Shown: piece after piece, positions 1 to 9,115 of the stretch
How the letters are laid out: every line of letters begins with the position of its first letter
How positions within the stretch are numbered: the stretch's first letter is position 1
Assembly (NCBI GenBank): GCA_964399075.1
Contig: CAYNPK010000003.1
Span: forward strand, 6,306 to 70,305
Origin: an uncultured Candidatus Saccharibacteria bacterium
GTDB taxonomy: Bacteria > Patescibacteriota > Minisyncoccia > Phycocordibacterales > JACOZG01
Direction: 5' to 3'
Length of the DNA stretch: 64,000 nt
Program-made: the position numbers and the translations under genes
Notes under the pieces: model-generated
Told to the model about the DNA's origin: nothing
Databases searched by the model: none
Seen by the model: only the letters and a program-made list of their open reading frames with translations

Positions 1-1272
1 TTGTTGAAAAAGGAAGATCTCTTGGATAAGCGTCAAGAAGATATAGACACGGAACTAGAAAACATCAAAAACAAGAGTAATGAGGTAAAGCGACTTAGGG
101 AAGAAGCGTTAAAGCAAGAACAAGAACGGCGTCTAGCACTAGAACGCTTAGCTAACTTGACTCCGGAACAAGCGCGAGAAGAAATAATCAAAGAGACGGA
201 AAAGCAATATCAGGATGATTTGGTAGCGCGCCAACGCAAACTGGAAAGTGAAAATAATGAAACCCTAGAACAACAAGCCAAAAAAATTCTCACTTCGGTA
301 ATCCAACGCCTAGCTAATTCTACGGTTCCAGAGATTATGTCCACGGTTGTGGAAATCCCCTCAGATGATGTTAAGGGTAAAATTATTGGCAAAGAAGGAC
401 GCAATATTCGCGCCTTCGAGAAAGCCACCGGCGTGGAAATTATCATTGATGATACACCGGGAACGATTGTGCTTTCTTCTTTCGATCCGGTCCGACGTCA
501 GATTGCGAAAGTAGCTTTAGAGAAATTAATCGCCGATGGTCGTATCCAACCATCGCGAATTGAGGAAGAAGTAGAGAAAGCTAAGGAGAGCGTCTCTAAA
601 ATTATTAAACAAAAGGGTGAGCAGGCAGCTTACGAGGCAGGAGTCTTCAACCTTGATCCGAGAATCATCCTCATCCTTGGTCGCCTCTATTTCCGAACCA
701 GTTATGGACAAAATGTTTTGCAACACTCCGTGGAGATGGCCCACTTGGCTGGAATGTTAGCCGAGGAATTGGGCGCGGATCCAACAGTTGCTCGGGCCGG
801 GGCTCTCTTGCACGACATCGGCAAAGCGGTTGATCACGAAGTCTCCGGCACTCACGTGGAAATTGGCCGAAGAATCTTAGACAAATTCGGCGCCGGCTCT
901 GAAGTGATTAAGGCGATGCAAGCGCATCATGAGGAATATCCTTACGAAACTCTAGAATCAATCATTGTTCAAACAGCTGACGCTATCTCTAGCGCCCGAC
1001 CGGGCGCCAGACGCGATAGTATTGAGAATTATCTGAAGCGCCTCAAAGAATTAGAAGATTTAGCAGGTAAAATAAAAGGGATTGAAAAAGTTTACGCCAT
1101 TCAAGCCGGACGAGAAATTAGGGTATTTGTGAGGCCAACAGAGATTAACGACCTAGAAGCCAAGAAAATCGCCCGCGATATTGCCGTCCAAATAGAAAAA
1201 GAGCTTAAATATCCAGGCGAAATTAAAGTCACCGTAATTAGAGAAACCAGAGTAGTAGAATACGCGAGATAG
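1..1272 (+). CDS. rny: Ribonuclease Y (5' end cut by window edge)
   Basis: N-terminal coiled-coil, KH domain (GKIIGKEGRNIRAFEKATGVEIIIDD) and HD domain (HSVEMAHLAGMLAEELG...LLHDIGKA) in RNase Y order. Confidence 0.9.
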   Translation: MLKKEDLLDKRQEDIDTELENIKNKSNEVKRLREEALKQEQERRLALERLANLTPEQAREEIIKETEKQYQDDLVARQRKLESENNETLEQQAKKILTSVIQRLANSTVPEIMSTVVEIPSDDVKGKIIGKEGRNIRAFEKATGVEIIIDDTPGTIVLSSFDPVRRQIAKVALEKLIADGRIQPSRIEEEVEKAKESVSKIIKQKGEQAAYEAGVFNLDPRIILILGRLYFRTSYGQNVLQHSVEMAHLAGMLAEELGADPTVARAGALLHDIGKAVDHEVSGTHVEIGRRILDKFGAGSEVIKAMQAHHEEYPYETLESIIVQTADAISSARPGARRDSIENYLKRLKELEDLAGKIKGIEKVYAIQAGREIRVFVRPTEINDLEAKKIARDIAVQIEKELKYPGEIKVTVIRETRVVEYAR

Positions 1273-1293
1273 AAAATAGGGATAAAAAAGGAA

Positions 1294-1328
1294 ACCCCGC
1301 TAGTCCTATGGACTAACGGGGTTTTTGT
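1294..1328. terminator. Rho-independent terminator, bidirectional between convergent rny and the 1346-2698 gene
   Basis: Hairpin ccccgctagtcc/ggactaacgggg followed by a T-run (gtttttgt). Confidence 0.6.
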
Positions 1329-1345
1329 AACAAACAAAGATCAAA

Positions 1346-2698
1346 TTACCAAGCGAAGGGCCTGCAGACCTGACTCTTGAGAGCCGAGAAACGCAGGCGG
1401 ACTGTCCGGCGACGAGGTGACAACTCCTTAACGGAGAGCGGTCTCGGCTGGCCAGTACAGACCAACTCCGCAACTTCCGGTGGCAATATCTCCGTCGGTA
1501 GAAGCGCAATGAGCTCATTCTCATCAATCGCCGTCCGCAAACGCTGACGGCGATCTGACTCTCTATTGCCCTGTTGCCATCGTCTTGCTTCCCTTGCCTT
1601 AAGCATTCCTCCCAAGGTTCTTCCGTAAATCTTCTTCAGGAGAGCGATAACCGGGCTCGTCACTGCCAACATACGGTGGGTCCGGGCCAGTTTCGCCAAC
1701 CAGTCGATTGCATAAAACAAGCAACAGAAAGCAATCGTCACTCCGTGGATCAAGACGATCAAGAGTGATAAGGCGCCGGCAATAGCCAGACTCTCCCACC
1801 ACAATTGCCGAGGTGAACAGAAGTTTTCAACAAACCATTTCACCTCACCTTCCTTGACGAACCCCCGAGTAAACCAGAAGACACAACCGATCAGGAAGAT
1901 TCCAGCAGGGAAAGCCGGGATCAGGGGCCAATAAGCTGGGTATCTTTCCTCTCTTTTCTCTCGATGAGTCCAGGACTCTTTCTTCCGGTAAAGGAAGAAG
2001 CTATCCTCCCAGTCAAGATAGCTCGTGGGCAAACCATCTCTGCACAGCCAATCGATCCGACTCCAGCGCAGGCCCAGAAGAAGTGCGACGAGGAGGTGCG
2101 CCAGATAGGCAAACCCCCAGAAAATCGCCATCGGCAAGGCGAAGATCGCTCGTCGCCGGAACTGACATTGATCCACTGGCGGCGTTTCGCACCACCAATT
2201 GACCAAACGCCAGACCCAGCTAGCCGGCTTCTTGGCGAAGAGGCCTTCCGGCACCTCCACACCCACCGAGCCAGTGGCAAAACCATCCACGAAATTGGCT
2301 CGAAATTCTCCAGAGTGATCGTAAAGGAGGTAATTGTACTCCCGAAACTGACGCTTCGTGAGCAAATCATTTTCTCGATCAGGAGAACAATTCCGGACGA
2401 TCGTGGCATGGATAATGTTCAGGCCCGGGCGATGGAATTGGACATGAGCCAAGCCATCCTGCAAAGGAACCAGTTGCCGACTGGTTTCCTCCTTACCGTT
2501 CTGGACGGAAATCAGGAGACGGTCCAGATACCAACTGCCGCGCGTCAAATCTCGTCCAACCAAACCCAAAGCCGCCACCTTGGACAGGCACCAAGCTACC
2601 GTCACGGTAGCTGATTCTGCCACCTCCGACTTGACGGACAGGATGAGCTCCTGTTGATCGTCCTTGATTCTCTCCAATTCCCGCAGAGTCGTAATCAT
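1346..2698 (-). CDS. Hypothetical polytopic membrane protein (450 aa) encoded by anomalously high-GC DNA (about 58-63%)
   Basis: Long ORF with a soluble N-terminal region, several hydrophobic helices and a basic C-terminus; no family recognised; GC about 60-63% on sampled 60-nt lines versus about 42% nearby. Confidence 0.55.
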   Translation of the reverse strand: MITTLRELERIKDDQQELILSVKSEVAESATVTVAWCLSKVAALGLVGRDLTRGSWYLDRLLISVQNGKEETSRQLVPLQDGLAHVQFHRPGLNIIHATIVRNCSPDRENDLLTKRQFREYNYLLYDHSGEFRANFVDGFATGSVGVEVPEGLFAKKPASWVWRLVNWWCETPPVDQCQFRRRAIFALPMAIFWGFAYLAHLLVALLLGLRWSRIDWLCRDGLPTSYLDWEDSFFLYRKKESWTHREKREERYPAYWPLIPAFPAGIFLIGCVFWFTRGFVKEGEVKWFVENFCSPRQLWWESLAIAGALSLLIVLIHGVTIAFCCLFYAIDWLAKLARTHRMLAVTSPVIALLKKIYGRTLGGMLKAREARRWQQGNRESDRRQRLRTAIDENELIALLPTEILPPEVAELVCTGQPRPLSVKELSPRRRTVRLRFSALKSQVCRPFAW

Positions 2699-2775
2699 CC
2701 CAACTCCCTTCTGTTCCTCTTGGCACTTGTTAAGGAACAGTCAAATCTAAACAAAACATCTCGAACACTGTATTT

Positions 2776-2804
2776 AGTTTAGCACAATGAATTTGTCTTG
2801 TCAA
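2776..2804 (-). promoter_or_regulatory. Near-consensus sigma70-type promoter (TTGACA-17-TAAACT) reading into the 1346-2698 gene
   Basis: On the minus strand: ttgacaagacaaattcattgtgctaaact; lies about 70 nt upstream of the ATG at 2698. Confidence 0.45.
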
Positions 2805-2888
2805 CTTGGCCAAACAAGATTATAGGGCTATACTTATAGCTGTAGTGGAAAGAGGTCGAGCTATTAAAAAACCAACCCGAATATTACT

Positions 2889-3161
2889 ATGAATAAAGCA
2901 GCTCTAGTTGATGCCGTTCACGCTAAAATCGGTGGGACCAAAATCGCCGCCGAGCAGGCCATTGACACTATCATTGAATCAATCATCAATACTTTGAAAG
3001 CAGAAGGTGAAGTGTCAATCGCCGGCCTGGGCATCTTCTCAGCCAAGCGCCGTGCAGCTCGCACCGCCCGTAATCCTCGAACCGGCGAGCAGATCCAAGT
3101 TCCCTCGATGTGCGTACCCAAGTTCCGCGCCGCTAAGGCTCTGAAGGACGCCGTAAGATAA
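2889..3161 (+). CDS. hup: DNA-binding protein HU
   Basis: 90 aa; MNKAALVDAVHAKIGGTKIAAEQAIDTII...RNPRTGEQIQVPSMCVPKFRAAKALKDAV is a typical HU/IHF fold signature. Confidence 0.9.
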   Translation: MNKAALVDAVHAKIGGTKIAAEQAIDTIIESIINTLKAEGEVSIAGLGIFSAKRRAARTARNPRTGEQIQVPSMCVPKFRAAKALKDAVR

Positions 3162-3183
3162 GAACCACCACTGTGTTCTCCGA

Positions 3184-3215
3184 AACCCCCGACCAATTTT
3201 GGTCGGGGGTTTTTG
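3184..3215. terminator. Bidirectional rho-independent terminator
   Basis: Perfect hairpin cccccgacc-aatttt-ggtcggggg followed by ttttt, between convergent hup and the aminotransferase gene. Confidence 0.7.
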
Positions 3216-3226
3216 GTAAAATTAAA

Positions 3227-4063
3227 TTAATAGTTGGCCTTATAATCTCCCAATTTAGCCATCAGCTGGCGCGTGATTGGCCCAACCTTGCCCTCACCTA
3301 TTTTAAAATTATCAACTGAAACAATAGGAATAATATCCTTATTGGTGGCGGTTAAGAAAGCTTCATCAGCCGTGCGCAATTCAGCAATCTTAATCGCCCG
3401 TTCTCTAAGGACGAAACCACCAGTGCGAGACAATTTAATCACCAGACCGCGAGTAGTACCAAACAAAATATCATCAACTGGCGTGATAATCTTCCCTCGC
3501 TTGATTAAGAAAAAGTTGCTCGTAGAACACTCCATCACCAAGCCACGATGAGTAAACAAAATTTCTAGGGCGTTACGCTTCTGTTTTTCTGCTTGCAAAC
3601 GCAAGGCGGAAATATAATTAGTGGTTTTTGCTCCCGGGATAGTGCGGAGATACTCATGAGTAATCACCTTGGCTCCAGCCCGAAAAATCGCCGGCGGATA
3701 AGAGTGTAAGCCCTCAACAATAATCGCCAGAGCAGGCGTGCCGATACTCATGCCGTCAGAAGCCACACCACCGGTGAGTAATAATCTAATACTGCCGTCG
3801 CGTAACTTATTTTTGCTAAACAGCTTAGTGATAATTTCTAGAACCTCACTCTCCCCCATTGGAATTCGCAAATTAAGCGCCCTAGCCGACTTAACAAAGC
3901 GTTGCCAATGTTCTCGCCACAAGAATGGTTTGCCGTTAACGGTTTTCAGAAAATCAAAAACCGCATAACCGCGCAAGACCGCCACATCAGTCAGAGGCAA
4001 GCGCGCTTGCTTGAGTGGCAAAATTTTGCCAGCAAAATAGCAATAGTAATTTTGATTAATCAT
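3227..4063 (-). CDS. PLP fold-type IV (class IV) aminotransferase (branched-chain or D-amino-acid aminotransferase family)
   Basis: 278 aa; N-terminal LPLTDVAVLRGYAVFDFLKT and the length and motif pattern of the BCAT/DAAT/ADCL family. Confidence 0.8.
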   Translation of the reverse strand: MINQNYYCYFAGKILPLKQARLPLTDVAVLRGYAVFDFLKTVNGKPFLWREHWQRFVKSARALNLRIPMGESEVLEIITKLFSKNKLRDGSIRLLLTGGVASDGMSIGTPALAIIVEGLHSYPPAIFRAGAKVITHEYLRTIPGAKTTNYISALRLQAEKQKRNALEILFTHRGLVMECSTSNFFLIKRGKIITPVDDILFGTTRGLVIKLSRTGGFVLRERAIKIAELRTADEAFLTATNKDIIPIVSVDNFKIGEGKVGPITRQLMAKLGDYKANY

Positions 4064-4129
4064 GATTAAGAAATAATCTTACCATACTTTGTTTTTAAGA
4101 AAAATTTGCTAAGATGAACGAAGTAGAGA

Positions 4130-4200
4130 GCGGGGTTAGTTAAATGGTATAATAGCGGTTTTCCAAACCGCGGTCGGGAGTTCGATTCTCCCATCCCGCA
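4130..4200 (+). tRNA. tRNA-Gly (anticodon UCC)
   Basis: Cloverleaf folds: acceptor gcggggt/atcccgc, anticodon stem gcggt/accgc with loop tttccaa, T-arm gggagttcgattctccc; no encoded CCA. Confidence 0.8.
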
Positions 4201-4247
4201 CAAATTTGACAGCTAAACTCCATTATGCTATGATAATAATAGAGTGA

Positions 4248-4601
4248 TTGAGCAGTGTTAGCTCGATCAAAATGGACATAAAATCACAAAAGAGGAGACA
4301 AAAAATGAAGAATTTCATTTGGGTGTCAATAGTCTTTGCGGTTATCAGTTTCACTATTTTTTATCTCGTTTCGTCACTCCCAACGAGTCAGGAAATGGCA
4401 GAGAGAACGGCAAATCGCCGGACACAACAACTTCAACTGCAGACAAACCATGTCGTCAGTGAAATCCAATACATTAAGGATCCACGGACAGACTTGTGCT
4501 TCGCGTATTCTTGGATTGGAAAGGGTAAGACTATGGCCACAGTACCCTGCGAGGCAATTCCAGAAAACCTGCTCACGGTGGCAGGGATGAAGTCAGAGTA
4601 G
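4248..4601 (+). CDS. Small hypothetical membrane protein (true start probably the internal Met near 4305)
   Basis: ORF with one N-terminal TM helix (FIWVSIVFAVISFTIFYLV); followed by a terminator. Confidence 0.4.
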   Translation: MSSVSSIKMDIKSQKRRQKMKNFIWVSIVFAVISFTIFYLVSSLPTSQEMAERTANRRTQQLQLQTNHVVSEIQYIKDPRTDLCFAYSWIGKGKTMATVPCEAIPENLLTVAGMKSE

Positions 4602-4619
4602 TTCCACGCTCGGCCCGAA

Positions 4620-4656
4620 CCCACCAGGTCGCAAGATTATTGGTGGGTTTTTTTAT
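4620..4656. terminator. Bidirectional rho-independent terminator
   Basis: Hairpin cccacca-(14 nt)-tggtggg followed by tttttttatttt. Confidence 0.7.
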
Positions 4657-4671
4657 TTTAAAATATTTTGA

Positions 4672-5757
4672 TTATTTCTTCTCCCCTCGCGCCACGAGCA
4701 AGATCGTGGCAATGAGAGTGGTGATAGGCACGGCTAAAATAATCGAGGTACTACCAACAATAGTTCTGATTATTTCGGTCGCGAAAATCTCGCGATTGAG
4801 TAAGAGGAGTGAGGCTTCGGCATGATAAAAAAACAGAAGCAATGGCAGAGCCACACCGGCATAAGCTAGAGCCAAAGTGTTAACCATCCCACCGACATGT
4901 TCCTGACCAACTCGCAGAGCCCGACGGTAAACTTCCTTGCGTGACAGATGTGGCGCGGCGATATTTAATTCTTTAACTGTTGCCGCTTGAGTAATCGCCA
5001 CATCATCAAGAATCCCAAGCACGCCAATAATAATCGCGCCCAAGAGCAGACCGCGGAAATCTAGAGTGCCACCAGTGTGAATGTTGAGATAGACACTAGC
5101 CTCTTCCGAGAAACCACTTAACTTCGTTAAACTAACAGCCAAGTTGGCGAAGACAATGGTGATCAAGACTGTCACAATTGTTCCGAACAAGGCGGCGCTC
5201 GACTCCCAATTGAAACCGTGAGTGGTGTAAATAGCAAAAATCAGAATCGCAATCGCGAAGAGAGAACTCACCAACATAGGTGAAACACCAGCAATCAATT
5301 GGGGAAAGAGAAAATAAAAGAGAATTAAAAAACTACCAGTCAGCGCCACCAGAGAACGCAATCCTCGCCACCGACCAAAAAATAGAACTACCGCCACGAA
5401 AATTAAAGCGAAGAAGAGCAAAATCCCCCGCCGATCCGGCTCTCGGAAGTGATAGAGCTCATCACCATCGACAGTGATAACACGAGCGAGAAAAAATTTG
5501 TCACCAACCTTAAGTGGCGAGAAATCATTTTCTAAAATTATTGTTTCACTCGCTTGCGGACCATCAAGCAACTCGGCTCGCAATTCTTGAACTCTAGCTT
5601 CGACAGGGAGACCGGGCAATTGACGGGCCTCATCGGAAATAATTTCTACCACCTTAGCGCGCCAAATTTCCGGAGATTCCTCATAAACTTCTTGGGCCTG
5701 AACATTAGTCCAGGAAACAAAAATTGCGAGAATTAAAATAATATATTTGATAAGCAT
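4672..5757 (-). CDS. YibE/F-like family polytopic membrane protein
   Basis: 361 aa; signal or TM segment, then a soluble domain, then about 6 TM helices; composition typical of the YibE/F family. Confidence 0.7.
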   Translation of the reverse strand: MLIKYIILILAIFVSWTNVQAQEVYEESPEIWRAKVVEIISDEARQLPGLPVEARVQELRAELLDGPQASETIILENDFSPLKVGDKFFLARVITVDGDELYHFREPDRRGILLFFALIFVAVVLFFGRWRGLRSLVALTGSFLILFYFLFPQLIAGVSPMLVSSLFAIAILIFAIYTTHGFNWESSAALFGTIVTVLITIVFANLAVSLTKLSGFSEEASVYLNIHTGGTLDFRGLLLGAIIIGVLGILDDVAITQAATVKELNIAAPHLSRKEVYRRALRVGQEHVGGMVNTLALAYAGVALPLLLFFYHAEASLLLLNREIFATEIIRTIVGSTSIILAVPITTLIATILLVARGEKK

Positions 5758-5908
5758 CTGATTTAATACATGTTAGCAATTAAAGTTTCATTCGCCAATC
5801 AAACTTCGCAACTTGGCTTAATTAGTTATCGATACCAGCAAGAGGTAAGCCAGAGGCGAGAGAAGATAACTAACATGAAGCTGTGAAACGGCTATTAATA
5901 TAACTAAA

Positions 5909-7147
5909 CTAGGCTTGATTACCGGCGATGTAACCCATCGTCCAACACAGCTGGAGACTGTAACCGCCGGAAGGGCGATTGATATTGAGCAAATCACCGG
6001 TGACATATAAATTAGAATATTTTTTCGAACACATCGTCTTCAAATCTACTTCATCGAGAGAGACACCGCCGTCGGCGACTACCGCACGCTCGAAACCCAT
6101 CAGACCAGTGATCGTCATTGGCAAAGCTCTAAGCTGACGAACAATTTGTTTTCTTTCTTCTCTGGTAACACTGTGCACTTTTTTATCTAAATCAATTTCG
6201 ATAATCATTGCAATCGCTTTAGCTAAACCAGCTGGCACAAATTCTTTAATAATCGTCCGTAGATTTTTATTTTTATTAGCGTCAAAAATTTTAATAACTC
6301 TTGTTTCTAAACTTCCAAGATCAGTCTGGGGATATAAATCTAATCTCGCCCTCACTTGACCGGAACGGAGGAGATCAGCAACTTGGCTGGCGCTATTTAA
6401 GATTGTCGGTCCAGAGAGACCAAAGTGAGTAAACAAAATTTTTCCAGTTTTAGAAAATTGTTTTTCCCCTTCCAGAAAGAAAGTAATTTTTGCGAAAGAG
6501 AGGGAAATTCCAGCCAACATTTTCACCCACTCATCAGAGACTTGGAGTGGCACAATCGAGGGTGTCGGTTCCGTCACCGTGTGACCAAGCGCTCGCAGAA
6601 AGGCGAAGCCGTCACCGGTCGCCCCCGTCTCTTGATGCGAGAGACCACCAGTGGCGAGCACGTAAGACTTGGCGCTGAAGTTCCCCTGATTGGTCACCAC
6701 CTCCGACACACTCCCCTCTCCGGCAATTATTTTTCTCACCTGACAATTTGTTTTAACTATCACTTGCTGTTTCTGGAGAGCTTTAATAAACATCTTACAA
6801 ACATCCACCGCTCGCTCTGTTTGCGGGAAGGCGCGCTGACGCGCCTGGACAACCAGAGGCAAACCACGCGCCTCGAAAAATTTGAAAGTGTCTTGATTGC
6901 TAAACTGCGAGAAGGGTGAATAGAGATAAGCTTCCGCCTTGCCATACTTCTGCAAGAACTTGCGCGCGTCTGGTTCCGCATTAGTGATGTTACATCTTCC
7001 ACCACCGGTAATTTTCAATTTCTCGCCAAGGGCAGAATTCTTTTCCAACAACAAGACTCGCCGACCGCGCTCGCCGGCAACCAAGGCCGCCATCATTCCC
7101 GAGGCGCCACCACCAATCACAATTAGATCCCAGTTAATATTTTTCAA
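5909..7147 (-). CDS. FAD-dependent oxidoreductase, HI0933/BaiN (YhiN) family flavoprotein
   Basis: 412 aa; N-terminal dinucleotide-binding motif DLIVIGGGASGMMAA and KLKITGGGRCNITN, typical of the HI0933-like family. Confidence 0.85.
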   Translation of the reverse strand: MKNINWDLIVIGGGASGMMAALVAGERGRRVLLLEKNSALGEKLKITGGGRCNITNAEPDARKFLQKYGKAEAYLYSPFSQFSNQDTFKFFEARGLPLVVQARQRAFPQTERAVDVCKMFIKALQKQQVIVKTNCQVRKIIAGEGSVSEVVTNQGNFSAKSYVLATGGLSHQETGATGDGFAFLRALGHTVTEPTPSIVPLQVSDEWVKMLAGISLSFAKITFFLEGEKQFSKTGKILFTHFGLSGPTILNSASQVADLLRSGQVRARLDLYPQTDLGSLETRVIKIFDANKNKNLRTIIKEFVPAGLAKAIAMIIEIDLDKKVHSVTREERKQIVRQLRALPMTITGLMGFERAVVADGGVSLDEVDLKTMCSKKYSNLYVTGDLLNINRPSGGYSLQLCWTMGYIAGNQA

Positions 7148-7179
7148 TTTAACTTTTTAATTTTAACCTCAACGCTGTT

Positions 7180-7252
7180 TCGGAGTGCCGGGATTCGAAC
7201 CCGGAGTCGCCCGCTCCCAAAGCGGGTATGTTAGCCGTTACACCACACTCCG
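7180..7252 (-). tRNA. tRNA-Pro (anticodon UGG)
   Basis: Reverse complement folds as acceptor cggagtg/cactccg, anticodon stem cccgc/gcggg with loop tttggga, T-arm ccgggttcgaatcccgg; no encoded CCA. Confidence 0.8.
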
Positions 7253-7313
7253 TCCATACTCGCCACTCTAACATTTTTAAGCTACAATGTCACCGTCCTT
7301 AAGCAATAAGACC

Positions 7314-7387
7314 CGGGCTGTAGTATAACGGTAGTATTTACCCATGGGGTGGGTAAGACGGGAGTTCAACTCTCCCCAGCCCGACCA
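7314..7387 (+). tRNA. tRNA-Pro (anticodon GGG), CCA encoded
   Basis: Acceptor cgggctg/cagcccg, anticodon stem taccc/gggta with loop atggggt, T-arm gggagttcaactctccc, discriminator a then cca; the D-stem uses two G-U pairs. Confidence 0.65.
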
Positions 7388-7406
7388 GATTAAACTTTTT
7401 TCAAAT

Positions 7407-8549
7407 TCAGAGGCGTTTTGTTGCTCGCTCAACCACGTCTACCAAAACATTCGACAATTGTTTCGCATTTTTATTCCATGTTGAATTTTGGGCAATAAAA
7501 CTTTGCGCTTTCTTTCCCATAACTTTTCTTTGGGTGTCATTATCAAGCAAACCATTTACAGCTGAAACAATTGCTTCTATATTTTTTGGTTCTATTAAAA
7601 TACCGCTTTCTCCGTTTGAGATGACGTCTTCGTTTCCATTGTTTGTTGTGGTAATCACCGGCTTTCCAGCAGACATTGACTCCAAGACCGTACCCATCAG
7701 CCCATCACCTTCGTGGGAGGGAAAAAGACAAATATCTGCCAATGCAAAATAATCGTAAGGATTATCTATTACTCCGGTCATAGTCACATTATCATTCAAA
7801 CCAAAATCGACGATTCTATTTCGCAAGACAGTATTTAATTCACCATCACCAATAATCCAAAGATGAACGTCGTTATTTTTTGTGACAATTTTTCTAAACG
7901 CATCAAGAAGAGTGAGTACTCCCTTGCGTTTAATAAGCCGACCCGCGTACACTAAATTATATTTCGCCCTCGAAACAATCTTTGACTTAATCAACAACGG
8001 ATAATCAACCCCAGTACCAAGAACATAATTAAACTTTACTTCTTTTAATTCCTCGATCCACTTTTGTGCGACATTTGAACTAATTGAAATAGTCGCATCG
8101 CAGAACTTTATAAATGCCCTATACCAAGGTATGGGTTGCGATGGGTACCCTGATAAATATATAACATTTGGCATACCAGATGGTTTTAAGATACTGTCTG
8201 GTAAATAATAAGACAAGATAACATCCGGCCTGTTACTTTTCAGTTCATCAAAAATCCTTTCATTAAACGCGAGCGATTCAGTCACCCAACGTACGTGCCC
8301 CACATCTGGATCATTTCTGTATAGATCTGGAACTGAGCTCGAAATATCAAATCTAAATAAATTTATTCTCGGTAATTTTCTGGCGATAAATTCTTTAAAC
8401 AGACCCGTGTCCCCTAATCCTTTTGGAATTGAAGTGTAAAAGTCAATTACATGCCCGAGTCCAGAAAGAAATTCCGCGTGTTTTAAGAAAACTTTTTCTG
8501 ATCCAGCTATATGATAAGGGGTTCTAGGTTGGATAATTGCTATCTTCAT
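7407..8549 (-). CDS. Glycosyltransferase family 4 (GT-B fold, GT1/GT4)
   Basis: 380 aa; C-terminal EGDGLMGTVLESMSAGKPVITTTNNGNEDVI nucleotide-sugar binding motif (E-x7-E). Confidence 0.85.
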   Translation of the reverse strand: MKIAIIQPRTPYHIAGSEKVFLKHAEFLSGLGHVIDFYTSIPKGLGDTGLFKEFIARKLPRINLFRFDISSSVPDLYRNDPDVGHVRWVTESLAFNERIFDELKSNRPDVILSYYLPDSILKPSGMPNVIYLSGYPSQPIPWYRAFIKFCDATISISSNVAQKWIEELKEVKFNYVLGTGVDYPLLIKSKIVSRAKYNLVYAGRLIKRKGVLTLLDAFRKIVTKNNDVHLWIIGDGELNTVLRNRIVDFGLNDNVTMTGVIDNPYDYFALADICLFPSHEGDGLMGTVLESMSAGKPVITTTNNGNEDVISNGESGILIEPKNIEAIVSAVNGLLDNDTQRKVMGKKAQSFIAQNSTWNKNAKQLSNVLVDVVERATKRL

Positions 8550-9070
8550 AAGCTAATTTTTTTCTCTAAATAATCACAATACATTTCATACTGAACCTTT
8601 CCAGTGATATATTTTTCAATAAAACCAACGTATTTAGGCAAGTCTTTGTAGTAAACAAAAATTCTTTCCTCGGTCTCGTTATCCTTGAGAGGAATGAAGG
8701 TGTCCAGTTTGCCAATTTTGCATACGAATCTGACTTGTAAATTATGCTTCTGGATCAGGTCAGTAGCACTATCGTTAATTACCTCTAATGATCCGAGTAG
8801 TTTTACTTGCTCAGGGATACACTGCAACTCTTCCATAAATTCCCGATTCAAAGCTTGGAATGCAGATTCGCCATCTTCAACCCCGCCACCAGGAGGCGTA
8901 AAGCTATTACCGCCTTTTTCCCTTACCAAAGCAATGAGCTTATCTTCTGTGCTAACAAAGCCATACACTTGCTGAACAGGAATTCCTTCGGGCATTGTCC
9001 TGGGGTGCCAGACGTAGGTTATTTTTTGGCCATCCTTTTCCCTCGTTTCTATAAGTTTGTATTTTCCCAT
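8546..9070 (-). CDS. NUDIX hydrolase
   Basis: 174 aa; Nudix box GGGVEDGESAFQALNREFMEELQ; 4-bp overlap with the downstream GT4 gene suggests translational coupling. Confidence 0.8.
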   Translation of the reverse strand: MGKYKLIETREKDGQKITYVWHPRTMPEGIPVQQVYGFVSTEDKLIALVREKGGNSFTPPGGGVEDGESAFQALNREFMEELQCIPEQVKLLGSLEVINDSATDLIQKHNLQVRFVCKIGKLDTFIPLKDNETEERIFVYYKDLPKYVGFIEKYITGKVQYEMYCDYLEKKISL

Positions 9071-9115
9071 ATTATCTGTAAGTATAATAAAAAGGACCCT
9101 GTTTTAACAGGGTCC

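Noticed and set aside
1964-2614. Plus-strand 216-aa ORF antisense to the 1346-2698 gene
   Set aside because: It has low-complexity R/Q/P-rich translation and is a shadow ORF of a high-GC gene; the 450-aa minus-strand frame is much longer and has promoter and terminator context.
3273-3968. Plus-strand ORFs 3273-3551 and 3738-3968 antisense to the aminotransferase gene
   Set aside because: They are antisense shadows with hydrophobic low-complexity translations and no RBS.
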